Below are positions 50,705 to 64,000 of a stretch of 64,000 nucleotides of DNA, in pieces; position 1 is the stretch's first letter, and each line of letters begins with the position of its first letter. Both the position numbers and the translations under genes were made by a program. The notes beneath the pieces were generated by a model. That model saw only the letters and a program-made list of their open reading frames with translations. It made no database searches and had not been told where the DNA came from. Source of the DNA: Vicugna vicugna (lineage: Eukaryota); the NCBI GenBank assembly GCA_013265495.1, contig MU058636.1:4127741-4191740 (forward strand), in the 5' to 3' direction.

Positions 50705-53090
50705 CATTGTATATCACATTAACAAAATAGAGGGGGAAAAAATCCATACTATTATCTTAATTAAGAAAAAGCATTTGGCCAAATTCAATATCCCTTCATG
50801 ATAAAAATACTAAACAAACAAACAAACAAAAAACTAGGAATAAAAGAAAGCCACTTTAGCGTAATAAAGGCTATATATGAAAAAGCGACAGTGAACATCA
50901 CAGTCACTGATGAAAGACTGAAGGCTTTTTCTCTACAATTAGAAACAAGGCAAGGAAGCCCTCTTTAACCACACTATTCAATGTATTAGTGGAAGTTCTA
51001 GCAAGAGCAAGTAGACAAGAAAATAAATAAAAAGCGTCCAAACTGGAAAGGAAGAATTAAATTGATCTCTTTGGCAGATACGATCTTACATGTAGAAAAC
51101 CCTAAAGATTCCACAAAAAGTGTTTAAATTAATAAATGAATTTAGAAAAGTACCAGGATACAAAATCAACACAAAAAATCAGTTGCATTTCAATTAAAAA
51201 AGTCAGTTGCATTTCTATACACTAACAATGGACAATGTGAAAAAGAAATCACAAAAACAGTCTCAATCACAACAGCATCAAAAAGAATACAATACTCAGT
51301 AATAACCACAGAGGTAAAAGACTTGTACAGTGAAAGCTACCAAACATTGAAATGAATGCCAAAAGAAATGAAAGAAGACATAAATAAATGGAAACATCCC
51401 ATGTTTATAGATCAGAAGAATTAATACTGTTAAAATGTCTGTACTACCCAAACTGATCTACAGATTCAATGCAATCTCTATCAAAATCCCAATGGCGTTT
51501 TTTGGAGAAACAAAAAAAAAGAATCATAAAATTCATATGGGACCTCAAGGAACTCAAAACAGACAAAACAACCTTGCATGCAGTCAAATGACCTTTGACA
51601 AGGGTGCCAAGACCGTCCAATGGGGAAAGGACAGTCTTTTCAACAAACGGTGCTGGGACAGCTGGGTATTTACGAACAAAAGAATGAAGCTGGGCCCTTG
51701 CCTAAAACCAAATAAAAAATTAATTCAAAATAAATCAAAACCTAAAGGTAAGGCCCAAAACAATAAACATCTTAGAAGAAAACACAGGACAAAACCTTTA
51801 CCACAAAAGATTTGGCAATGATTTCCTGGATACGACACTACAGGCACAGGAAACAAAAGAAAACAGACAAATTGGACTTCATGAATATTAAAAAATTGTG
51901 CATCAAAATATACTATCAACAGATTCAAAAGGCAACTCAGAATGGGAGAAAATATTTTAAAATCATATATTTGATCAAAAGGATTAATATCTGGAATATA
52001 TAGAGGACTTCTAAAACCCAATAATAACAAAAAATCTGACTCAAAAATGGACAGGAACTTGAATAGATATTTCTTCAAAGAAGATTATACAAGTGGCCAA
52101 TAAGTACATGAAAAGATGCTCAATATCACTTATAACTAGGGAAATGCAAATCACAACTACAATGAGATACCACTTCACATCTATTAGGATGGCTACTATA
52201 AAAAAAAAAAAACAACCCTGAAAAAAATGTGTTCATGAGGATGTGGAGAAATTGGAAACTTTGTACACTGTTGGTAAAAATATGAAATGGTACAGTTGCT
52301 GTCTAAAACAGTGTGGTGGTTCCTCAAAAAATCAAAAATAGAATAAGCATATGATCTAGCAATTCCACTTTTGGGTACCTAGCCAACAGAAGCGAAAGCA
52401 GGATCTCAAAGAGGTATTTGTACATTCACGTTCATAGCAGAATTATTCACTACAGCTAAAATGTGAGAGCAACCCAAGTGTCCATTGATGGATTAATGGA
52501 TAAGCAAACTGTGGTATATACATACAATTTAATATTATTCTGCATTTTAAAAAAAAGGAAATTCTGCAATATGCTGTAACATGGATGAACAAGTCGATTA
52601 TACTAACTACTATACATAAAATAGATAAACAACAAGTTCATACTGTATAGCATAGGGAACTATGTTCAATATCTTGTAGTAATATGGTGAAGAAGAATAT
52701 GAAAATGAATATATGTATGTTTCTATATGACTGAAGTATTGTGCTGTACACATCAGAAATTGGCACATTGTAAAATGACTATACTTCAATAAAATATATT
52801 TTTAAAAAAGGACAAGTACTGTTATGACTCCACTTATGTGAGGCATTTAGAGTAGCTAAAATGACAGAGATAGAAAGAAGAAAGGTGGTTGCCAGGGATG
52901 GTGGGAGTGAGTTTTAATCGTTCAATGCGTGCTTTGCTTGCAGTTTTGCTTGAAAGAGTTCTGGAGATGGATGCTAGTGATGGTTGCATAACATTATGAA
53001 TGTATTTAACACCACTGAACTATACATGCGAAAGTGATTAAGATGATAAATTTTATGTTTGTGAATTTTACCACAATAAAAAGTGAAAAA
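50705..53090 (+). mobile_element. Old L1M (L1MB-like) ORF2/3' end with a younger L1 3' fragment nested at ~52590-52810
   Basis: ORF2 remnants (LPKLIYRFNAISIKIP, LFNKRCW) and L1M 3'UTR. Confidence 0.85.
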
Positions 53091-54499
53091 AAGTGCTGTT
53101 TTAAGTTACTCAATTTACTGTAATCTGTTAAGCAGCAATAGAAAATAGATACAATTATTACATTTTCTTAGATGAATAAACTACCTAGAGAGTTTAAATA
53201 ACTTACTCAAGTTTATATGGCTAATTAGTGGCAGGGATGGGGTTTGGACCCAAGCAGTCAGAGGAAGAGTCCAAGAATGTAACCACCAATGGATACGGTT
53301 GTCTTTTAAAAAATGAAGGTGGCTGATCTTCAAAGAATTTAAAAAGGCTATTACTTCTCTAATATTTAGGACATGATACTAAACAGATTTTCTTCTGCCT
53401 TCAGTATGTTTTGTATCTACTTATTCATGAGGATGGGTTTTTTAAATTTTGTAACATTATATTTTTATTTATTTTGTTTCCATAGGACATTATTCATAAT
53501 AGGATCCAAGTAGACTGAAAAATTGCATTTGTCTTTTAAAAAAAGACTAGCAGTGTAATGAAATAATAGCTGGTCTTAAAGATAAGTGCTCAGACAATAT
53601 AGAATGAAGTACTTCTAATCACACAAGAAATAAAGTTACTATGGTGTTTACAAATTAAAGAAACTTACACTAAAAGCCTATGATGGATTCTTTTTGCACA
53701 CAGAAGTACAATTCCCTTAGTTGGCTGTAACATGCAGTTTCAGCTTTATCTTCCACTACTTGTCTTCGTAAGCCCTCTATTCCTGAATACTAGTGGTTTC
53801 AAAATGCCTGGTGCTTTTTGTGCCTGAACCTCCACTCACACTGTATCCAAATTAAATCATCTTCCTCTTCATCTTTGCCTCTATAACTTTAACTCATTCT
53901 TTAAAATTCTTTAAAGCGGAGCTCAAATTCCACCTTGTTGGTAAAACATTTCACCATGAAAACCACTGTGTGAAATGGTTTCTCTTTTCCCCATCTCTGT
54001 TGATTTTACTGCCTACATGAATTTGTCATTTACTTTGTAGAATTATTAGTATTCAATTGAGTTTCTTATTTATAGAATTTCCAGGTACTGTGAAACTGTA
54101 GAGAATACAGTGAATAAGAGACAGAGCCTGCCTTCAAAGAGTTATTTTTCAGCTGATGAACAGCTATTTGACCAAATTTAAAAAGCCTGAGTCAGGCTTT
54201 AAAATAGGAAAAGCTTTCATAATTTAATAGGAATAACAAACACTTACCTTAAAAATAAACTTTTAATTTTAAACAAAAATAAACACACTTTCTTACAGAA
54301 CAGAGAAACAGACCCAAGGCTCTAAAGTGATGCTTGTAAGGCCAGTACTCTCCCTCAGAGTAAACAAAAACGGAAAAGTAAAATATTTGGTACTCAGCCA
54401 CAAAACCTGAACAGACTATGGCTGAGGCGGAAAATGTCAGATGAGGAAATAAATTATGCTAAGAAAACAAATTCCTTCATTAAAGGTGATAAAAGAGTA

Positions 54500-56270
54500 A
54501 GAAGGAAGATTCATCATCAGAATATCTCAAGTCTCCCTAAATGTATGCAAAGACAGCAACTGGTGTTTTTCTAAAGCTAGTAAGGTCGATTCTCAAGTTC
54601 ATACAGAAAAGAAATTAAGGAGGCTGTCTCTATCAGATAAAATTAACATATCATAAATACTGTAATTATCTAATATTTAAAAGAGTATGTATGAGCGCAT
54701 GAACTGAACAGCCCACTGGAAAGGAACAGAAAGCCTAGAAAGCACTATCTTGAATCAATGAAGAGAACACAAACTTCGTGTAACTGGACTTTGCATAACT
54801 AATGGCCACCCGGAAAAAACCTAAAATTGACTACATATTAACTACTTACAAAGACAAACTCAAAGTGTCATTGATTTATATGTAAAAAATGAGATTACAG
54901 CTTTGGGGAAAATAGATGTACTTTTCCCTATTCCTCCTGCTAAGTGCAACTAAAAACCTTCAACAGTAGATATAAAACCCAATATAAAAAGACTCTGAGA
55001 GGTGGAGAGAGGAAGCAGATCAGCTAGGGAACTGGGGGCCAATGGAATGAAACAGAAGGAAATTTCATGAATTTTCTTCTTGCTGCATGTATTTCACACT
55101 TGAGAGTTAATGAAGCTGGCAACCCAGAAAAACTAATGAGTGCAGACAAGAAAAATCCCTCCAAATGCCTGCTCTCTCTCACAAAAGGAACGGGACAGGG
55201 GTAGCCTAGCAAGACTGAAAACCTTTAAATAATAAATGCTTTACTCCAGCCAAACACCACAGAAAATACTGTGGCCTGACTCCCATTGCCAGTAAAGACA
55301 GAGTGAGAAATTCAGACTTCCATCCTTGGCATGCTATAATGAGGTGCCCCCGAGACTCACTGTGGGGTGCTGTCAGAGAAAGCTAAATAGAGAGCTGGGA
55401 CTTTGAGCCCCATCTGATGGTAATGAAAGCCCCCGCAGCCCCATGATATCAGTGTTAACCACTGCAGGGAGACTAGAATTCCACCTTCATCCGGAAGAAA
55501 TGAAGCCCCACTTCCCCCCACACAGGGCTAGTGTCACAGGAGGCCTAGGAGAGCATGAGGATTTTACCAGTGCCCATCTTCCTGTGATGCAAATGGAAGC
55601 CATGGGGAGCAGGAATGAGGCTAAGAGGGTCAATTTACCAAGAAGATATAATACTTGTAAACATAGACATATCAAACAACAGAGCCCCACAGTATATGAA
55701 GCAAACATGGCAAAGTTGAAGGGAAAATAGTTTAAAAGTAATAGTTGGAACTATCCCACTTTCAATAATGCACAGAACTTCTACATAAAAGGTCAGTAAG
55801 AAAATGGAAGATGTGAATAACAACTAAATCAACTATAACACCCAGTAACAGCAGAATACACATTCTTCTCAAATTCACAGGCACATATTCTAGGATAGAC
55901 CATATATTAAGTCACAAAACAAGTCTCAATAAATTTAAAAAGACTGAAATCATACACAGTATCTTTTCCAACCACAATGGAACAAAGCTAGATATCAGTA
56001 ACAGAAAAAGCCAGGAAATTCACAAATATGTGGAAATTAAACATAACCTTAAACAATCAGTAGGTTAAAGAATGAATCACAAGAGATGTCAGAAAATACT
56101 TTGAGATAAATAAAAGCAAAACACAACTTACCAGAATGTACGGGATACGGTGAAGCAGTGCTTCCAGGGAAATTCATAGTTGTAAACACCTGCATTAAAA
56201 AGGAAGAAAGATCCCAAGTCAGTAATCTAACTTCACCCCTAAGGAATTAGAAGAAAAGGAAACTAAATAC
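54500..56270 (+). mobile_element. Old L1M fragments (5' region and endonuclease remnant)
   Basis: cagcagaatacacattcttctcaa..aagtctcaataaatttaaaa EN-region sequence. Confidence 0.75.
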
Positions 56271-56361
56271 ATGACAGCAATAACATTTGCTGGGAGAGGT
56301 GTATCACTTTATACAGCCATTCAGGGAAATCTTATCCTCTCTAATAACTACAGTCACTGTC

Positions 56362-56425
56362 TAAACACTCATGTCACCAACATAAATGCTGATTAAACAC
56401 TCATGTCACCAACATAAATGCTGAT
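56362..56425. repeat. Perfect 32-bp tandem duplication
   Basis: taaacactcatgtcaccaacataaatgctgat x2. Confidence 0.95.
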
Positions 56426-57729
56426 AGTCTTCTATCTTTGTTCTCCCACATAAAAACGCTACCTGGGTGTTGCAGTCAATCTCAATAGGGTTGTCAGTGG
56501 TTGGCAAACTTGAAGGAGGCCCTGAGTTAAGACTAGTTTTTACATCTTAAAGAGTTATTAACAACAAACAACAAACAAAAACAAAGAAGTGTATGTGCCA
56601 GAGAGTGTATATGGTCTGAGATACCTAAAATATTTACTATTTGGCCTTTTGCAGAACAAGTTTGCCACCCTCCCCCACTCCCCAGCTATGTTATGCTTTG
56701 TTAACAACCTTCAAGTCTCAGTGGTTTATAAAAACAAAGGATTACTTTCTTTTCACTTAGGTTATGTCAGTGGTGGGACAGCTATGGTTCAGCTGCTCAA
56801 TGTTTCTTCTTCATTCTGGGATCCAAGGTGTATCTGACAGAGAGAATCAAGCAAAGTCTGAACTAAATGTTGGCTCGTACTGCTCCTACTTAGATGTGGC
56901 ACAAATTCCCTGGTTAGAGTAGGTGACATGGCCAAGCCTTATGTTATTATGGCAGGAAAAATACTACTCCCCTCCAAGAAGTGTCACCAGAAGGGGCCTT
57001 TACAAGTGGGCCCAACAGAGAGGGGGCACTGAAGAACTGAAAACAACTATACAGCCTATTGCAAAAGATAAATGCAGATAAAGTATTATCAAATCATCAC
57101 ATTTCGTGAGAGAAGGGTAAACGTAGTATATAACTTAGACATCAGTAAGCTAAATATGCATGTTGTAATTCCAGGGTAGCAACTAAACAAATAAAAATAG
57201 ACAAAAACTTTCAAACCAGTAAATATTTAAATGACAAAAATAAAATATAAAGCAGTTTAGAAAGAGAAAAAGAAACAACAAATATGTAAAATGCACAAAG
57301 TAAAATAGAAACTCTAGCTCCAAAATCTCAGTGATGACTTTAAAAGTAAATGTCCTAAACGTCCAAGTTAAAAGATAATCTCCACCAGCGCTATTTCTAC
57401 TTTGGGGTTATGGGAAAAGCTACAGTTCAATGGACACTGTGTGGCTGTGAGCAATTTATATTATTGACAGTCTGCAGTATTGCTGTTTACTAGTGAAAAT
57501 AACAGTTAACATTAATCACTTATATCAGACACTATATTAAACATGTATTACCTCATAACAACTCCGTGCGGCTATCATTTCCATTTTATAAGTGAATAAA
57601 ATGACACTTAGGAGCCTGAGTTCCTTGCGCAGATTCATTCACAGAACCTGAGATGGGTTTGAGCCCAGGCAGTCTGCTCAAGAGCACACATTACTGCCAT
57701 CGTGCTTTGTTGCTCATGTATCTTCTGTA

Positions 57730-57902
57730 TTCACGGTTCCCAAACAAGGGCGTACAGCAGACTCCCAGGGAGGACTCATTCAGAGATCCCTACGGCTCCT
57801 GATTCAGCAGGATTGGAGTGGGGCCTGCAAATCTGCATCTCTATCACATTCCCAGGGATGTTGATGCTGCTGGCCTAGGGACTACACTTTGAAAACAGTT
57901 GC
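57730..57902. mobile_element. MER5A-type hAT-Charlie element
   Basis: gattcagcaggattggagtggggcctgcaaatctgcatc..actacactttgaaaac; similar copies at ~10050-10200 and ~45590-45750. Confidence 0.75.
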
Positions 57903-60900
57903 TCAAAGGATGCTTCTCTCGGGGAATGGGAGTGAGCTCGAGCTCAGATCAGTGGTTGGCCCTTCACCTCCTGAACCAGGCGTCTGTGTAATCATCATAA
58001 TTATCCCAGACAATCACCTAGATGCAAACCTGGCAGAAACAACCACATTCACTTTCAACCTATGACTGGATGCCAAACAGCTCTTATTTTCTCCTCTCAA
58101 ACATTACTGATACCTAATAAGGACTTGTTAATACTCCTTAACTGTTTACAGCAGGGGAGCAAACCCTGTTTTTACCATGAACTGTCTTCCTGCCCCCTTT
58201 CAGGTTCTTGAAACTCTACTCCCCATCCCGTCTTATTACGGACACACCCTAAAGAACAAGCACGTGGTGGCAGTCAGGTACAGAGGGAAGCTTCCCTGCT
58301 TTGTCACTATTCCTTTCCCGTGGAGCCTAGAGCTTCTCCTTCTTCCTCAGTGGCATGGGGACTTCACAGATATCTTAACAGGGGCCTCTGTGTAACTTTG
58401 AAACGATTTATTTCAGAGAAGTCAGCAAAAGGCTTTTCTGGTCATGATACTTTTGCTGACTCCGCTGCTCACTCTGAGACCTCATCTCCCCCTCTTAGTT
58501 TTTCCTCTCTTCCCTGAGAAATAAATAAGAAATATCACAAGGATTTATTGACCTAAGTTCTGCATGTTGTATCCCTTGCCTCTAGAAATATCAGAGCTGC
58601 TTCTTGCTGAGTGCTTCTTAGAGGAGACCATTGGTTTTGTTTCCTGAATACTTTGCTTCTATGAAGAACAGACTGACTACAAAGGGACCACAGTGCTATG
58701 CACTTACACTTAGGCATTGACAATTTTTGCTCTTAATAATGGTATCTGCTACATATTGCCTGATCAAGCCAGTTAATACATACTGAATATCTGCTATGTG
58801 CCAGCATCTGCACTGAGTACTTTCAAGAGTTCTCATATTTCTCATAATTATCATGTCAGGTAGGTACTAATATTATGTCTATTTTACAGATGAAGAAATC
58901 AAGGCTTAGAAAGATTACATCACCAAGGTCACATAGCTAAACAGCAGAGCAAAGTTTACAGCCCAATGAAAACCTAAATACATTTCACTCCAGCACACTC
59001 AGCTGCTTTCCATTTATTTGCTGGCCCAATCACTACCTACACACTGAGTCCAAATCCTGGAGTATCTTAAAACTGCCTTCTCTTTGCATTTCCATTTCAC
59101 TGCCTTTTCCATTCCTATGTTTAGGGAAGGGACTTCCACATATACAGACAAAGACATAGATGAGGAAAATGATTCAACGTATTATGGCTCTCCCACGACC
59201 ACCTAAATTTCTATCCTTTCCTTGCCCCTATTCTCTGAAGGTTTCATTTGACAATGACAACAGAATTTCTAGTTTCAGTTTCCTGCTTCAGAATTTCTTC
59301 TAGACCCATGGGCCAGTGGCTGCTGACTTTCCACTCTTAGTCTTCTGTCTGACAAGCCTGTTTGCTGCTGCATCTCTATACAGGGAAGAGAGGGAATCCA
59401 TTCTGACTTTTCAGAAGGGCCTTTAGTTCAAATCCAAGTTGAAGTTACTAGTTTTTCCTTAGCAAAATTACATAGTACTGGGAGGCAGGTATAGGCGGAA
59501 GCAGCCTGGGCCTCTCATTTTTGTTATTTGCTCTGCTTCCTGGAGACCCAGTTTCACGTTTTCACAACTTTACCAGGAAAATCAAACATAAGAGGAAAGA
59601 CAACACCCTAAGAAGAAAAGAACCAGAAGCAAGCAGACAGCTTTCTTTGTGATGGGATTTTACCAAGTTTTCCTAATTATGCATCGTTTCAACTTTTAAA
59701 AGCCACCATAGATTGCTATGTTTATCTTCCATGTTTCCACTTCTGACATATGACCCTTATTGGGGTAAAAAATAAGATTTACTTCTTGTTCTTCTGAGTA
59801 AACCTCTTCCTGCAACTAACAAAGAGAAGTGAGGAAAAATGGGCTATATTCATGATCAGAACTGAGGAACATACATAAAATAATGCTACTGTTTATATGC
59901 TCATAGTCTCCAATTTTTTAACCGTTTATCAAAGTATAACACACAGAGAAAAATGCCCAAAATATAAACCTGCGCTTTAGTGAGAAACCACAAAGGAAAA
60001 ACCTGTGTACTCACCAAGAGCTGGAACACAGCCAATTATCCTTATGTTCTTCCCATTCACCTCCTCTCCTTCCCAAAGACAATCACTACTCTAACCTCTG
60101 CTGATGTAATTTAGCTTTGCTTGGTTTTGATCTTTATACAGATTGACTCTTACAATATGCATTCTTCTGTCTCTGACTTCTTCCACTCAATAGTATATTT
60201 GTGAGATATATCCATATTGTTACGCTTTTCAGTAATTTATTCATTTTCACTACAGTATAGTATTTTGTTGATGCGTATGCACACTTCGTTTATCCAGTCT
60301 GACACTGAATGATATTAGTTAGGGTTGCTTCCTGTTTTAAGACTCACACTAGTAACACTTCTGTGAACATGGTACACATGTTCCTGGTGTACATGTGTGC
60401 ATGTTACTACAGGAAATATATAAAGAGTGGACTTGCTGAGTTACAGAGAATCTATGCATACAGCTCTATTAAGTAATCTCAAACTGTTTTCCAAAATGGC
60501 CACACCAATTTACATCCCCAGTAGATAAATTTTCCCCTTTAAAATTATGAAGTATTATTTATGTTTAAGATAAAACAATATTTTCATGCTGATGGCAGGA
60601 TTCATCTTGATGAGAGAACAGTGTTAAGCACCTTGATGGCTTTCTCCACTGTGGAAGAGGAAAGTCGTCTGGATAGGTTAGGGGAAAAAGTAGTGGCGAG
60701 GGGAGTGTGGGATTTTAAAGTTCCAGGAGGCGAGGAACAACATGCTGATGGAAGACAAAGGACTGAGGATGGGGTCACCCAGCAGGAAACCCCGAGCTGG
60801 GAATGGTGAGAATGCTGTGAATGGCTTAGAGGTGTGTAAGACTGAGAGTCAATTTCAAATTGTCTCCTATGCTTGGTGACATTATCATCCTGTCTTCTCT

Positions 60901-63495
60901 CTATAAACTTTTAAATAAAATATCTCTACACAAAACTGTCTCATGTAAGTAGTAGTATTTGTAAGGAAAAGGGAGGGGAAACTATGCTTGTTTATATCAG
61001 CATAAAATGAAAAGCAAGTATCAATCACAAGAGGGGAAACACAAATGAAAGAAAATTCTGCAGAAACAAGAAATAAGAATAACGTATGACTTAGAGAAAC
61101 ATAATCTTTAGAATCCCTGAAAACATTGGTGGTAATGTTCTGTTTCCCATCATCTGTGGGACAAACGTCAATCTATTTTTATATAAAAGTTGAAGGGAAG
61201 GTGATTCTGTAAGGCTGGAGGATATGGGGACATCCATATAACTGGTACCTGGGCCTTCCTTACAAATTCAAGCTGTCTTTATTTTGCAGAAAGGTCTTTA
61301 TAGAATGCCGTACATATAGAATTGATTAGAAATTAATTCTTTGTAGAACATGAAGTTTCAAAACTAACAGGCTCATTGACTAAAAGACATGATGTATTAG
61401 ATATGGGCATCAGTCAGCAGGTATTCTATATTTTCTCTGTTCTCAGCATCATACCTGTGCTGTGAGAGACATAAAAGACATGCCAGAAACAGTTTCCGCT
61501 GTTCGGAAGATAAGAAATGACAAAGTCACATGAAGCAATAAGAGGACTGGGTGCTTAGGCTTGGGCTGGAAAGGTAATAGGAGTTTAGAGAAAGGAAAGA
61601 TAGGATGAGATGCAAACATCCAGAAAGCTTGCACCCTGAGGAAGATCTAGGCCTGGAGCGGGGTGAGAGGAAGATGTGGTCTTTCAGGTTGAGAAAACAG
61701 CACACATACAAACACAGATGCAGGAATTCAATACGGCAAGGAGCACTGTGTGTACCATAAAATGAATGAGTTGACCTGAGCAGAAGATTCTTCCTTCCCA
61801 AGGGGGGAGTCCTGAGATATTGCCTGTGGGGGCAGGAAAAATAATGGAGAAGCCTGAAAGATGAGACTGGTGACACTGTACATTATTTAACCACATGAAG
61901 GAAATTAATAAATGGAGTTTTAGAAATAGTAGCCTGACAGTAGGCTGTAGGATGGCCATGTAATAAGAAACTGAATGAAGGAAACAGGGGCCCAAATCAG
62001 GCATTAAGCAACATACGACCAGACCAAGATTGTGGGATCAAGGTGTAGTCCAAGGAGCTTGAAAGATTTTTCCACATTTTTAACCCAGCTCTATTTAGCA
62101 TTAAACCCTTAGAAGCCTTCCCCAGATAAAACCACACCATTTAATAGAGATGGTGCTATCTCTGTCATAGAGATCTAGCTATCTCTATCAGTCTAGACTC
62201 AAAATACACTTTAAACTACCTTCAGTTTGACAGAAATCTTCATCCAACTAGATAATAAAACTCATGCTCATGCATTCTTATAAGCTTGAGAAGCCAACCA
62301 ATTCCCTACGGGGCTTAGGCACTGCAGACCTTCCATCCGAAAGGTGAAGATTAAAATCTGTGATATTTTATTTTTGTGATTTCCACAGCCACAGAGTACA
62401 TGAGATGAGGACAACACACGACGTCAGGTGCCCTGATGCAAACTGGCTCTGTGGTGGCAGGGCTGGTGGCAGCCGTTGTGGGTTTGCAGGGGTATTTAAA
62501 GTCTGATGAATGAACACAAAGCGCCTCACTGGTATCATCTAAGTGACTGTGACATAATTTATGCTCCAATTATGAAACTCCAATAAAGCCAATAAATCCA
62601 GGCCAATGGCAAGGAAATCCCAGATGCTAGGCCATTCTGCACACTAAGTACAAAGGCCTCAGTGAATTTACGATCTCTCTGTCTCTGACTCCTTTCTCCC
62701 ACTTCGGAGATTAGTTTCTCTCTTTAATTCTATCCTGCAATATATGCAGGCTAAAACTGCCTCACAACCTTATCCATCATTAATCCTTAGATTAATTTCA
62801 GCATTTGAAAATGCTAAGATGCCAAAACTTAAAAAAAATACGACTTTGCTGTCTGTTTTACTAATCACTGGCATCTTTGTCTCCAGAGATAAGTGCAACA
62901 TTAATCAGAAATTCAAGGAAGCATTTTCCATGTTGATTTAAGTGGGTTTCTGGGGTCACTCACGAAAAGCATGAAGCATTCACTCATTATTCTGCATACA
63001 CTAAGTTGCCAAAAGGTTATTTTTCATTTTACGATTTCTCATTTTATGATCTTATAATTCAAGTTACAGTTTTAGTCCTTAATCAAAGTAGGATTAAGAA
63101 ACACAGTAGCTTCTAACTTACAGGAAAAATTGGCTTTACTTAAAGGAAATTATTTCATAAATTCAATTAGCACTAAGGAAAAGGCAGGAAAAAAGAAAAA
63201 TTTTAAATGTATTCAGCACACCAAAGTCTCATAGAACAAATACTTAACGAATGAGTGAAAGAAAACAACTCATGGAGATAACAGCTACAGACTTACGTGT
63301 CTTAACACTGAGCAAAGCTAAACCTCAGGATGCGTTTTTTCTCTTCAGTTATCAAACCTAGAACCTGGATATCACTGTCTGATGAATTACCAAAATCAGT
63401 AGTGTATCAAATAGGTATAGCTGTTGGAATAAAGGTAATTATTTTAGTGCAAGTATGTTTTTTACATTAAATATAAACAGTTATGACTACTTACT

Positions 63496-63977
63496 GGCAG
63501 GGTTTCTGTCTCATTTCTAATGAAGAGTACAGAGGGAGGATTGCCTATCTCTAGACATCAATTTAATTAAAAGTTAATGGGAATAGTTTCAGGTTCTGCT
63601 CAAAAGAAACAGAATGAATTTTCTTGTCATCCAGTTTCAGTTCCAGCACTACCTTTCTCAGGAGTCTCACTGAGTCCCTCATCAGGATGGTGCTCTATTC
63701 TGTCTCACCGCCCATGAAGCCAAGCAGCTCGGAGGTCGGCCGTGAATCAGTGAATAGCACCTCACCATGTGGTTTTTGGCACGACACTGAGACCAAGCTT
63801 CTGCAGTCTTAGAACTATTGCCTCAAATCAATAGGGATTTCAGAGCACTGCTGATCAGAGATGTTTCCACATATCTGTGTCCTGACGACGCCTAACTAGA
63901 TGAGAGATAGCTAGTGCTGAATGATGTTTATGGGTGAAGAGGTCAGTGCAGGTTTTGATCTTCGTTTATTTTTCTCC
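63496..63977 (-). pseudogene. Pseudo-exon(s), N-terminal tail
   Basis: RSLVSVSCQKPHGEVLF..GGETE*STILMRDSVRLLRK (cf. DNHD1-type PYSLMVVPPDKVNPEHYIF..EGSETMTL); acceptors at 63977 and 63807; donor |gtaagt at 63495. Confidence 0.45.
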
Positions 63978-64000
63978 CTACACATAGGAGGAAAGGACTG

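Larger units (their letters stand above)
888..63977 (-). pseudogene. Decayed multi-exon (non-processed) dynein heavy chain pseudogene, DNHD1-like; probably extends beyond both window edges
   Basis: About 25 minus-strand exon-like blocks with internal stops/frameshifts match dynein/DNHD1 motifs in colinear order. Examples: RKTYKDLSQ (AAA1), CVLLAGSAASEGSNW (AAA2 P-loop), FMQSLIPFGCHL..RDSVSR, IVCLLQDLNN (AAA3 Walker B), LKGSACTSPDCLLCS (end of stalk), ALEEHFESLLLKER (AAA5), SVHKLLFEK. Comparison by eye from recalled sequences. Confidence 0.7.

Noticed and set aside
62351..62643. Candidate N-terminal exon (ISLP../LEHKLCHSHL)
   Set aside because: Position is plausible but the similarity is too weak and needs several frameshifts
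1..64000. CRISPR arrays, operons or other prokaryotic systems
   Set aside because: The sequence is clearly mammalian and has no regularly spaced repeat-spacer structure

Overview
AT-rich, repeat-dense mammalian genomic DNA. It is probably camelid: a tRNA-Ala-derived vic-1-like SINE and artiodactyl-type L1 3' ends are present, and I saw no ruminant- or pig-type SINEs. No intact protein-coding gene is supported; the long ORFs are LINE-1 ORF2 fragments. The unique sequence between the repeats, read on the minus strand, gives about 25 exon-like blocks from ~63,980 down to ~890. Many have AG/GT boundaries. Read through stops and frameshifts, they follow the domain order of a dynein heavy chain: tail, linker, AAA1, AAA2, AAA3, AAA4, stalk/MTBD, AAA5, AAA6. 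The closest resemblance is to the divergent DNHD1 type. I interpret this as an old, non-processed, heavily decayed DNHD1-like pseudogene, possibly a lost paralogue. A MER63 DNA transposon sits inside one exon and helps date the loss. All protein comparisons were made by eye against family motifs recalled from memory and need tblastn/HMM confirmation. Some exon boundaries are approximate.
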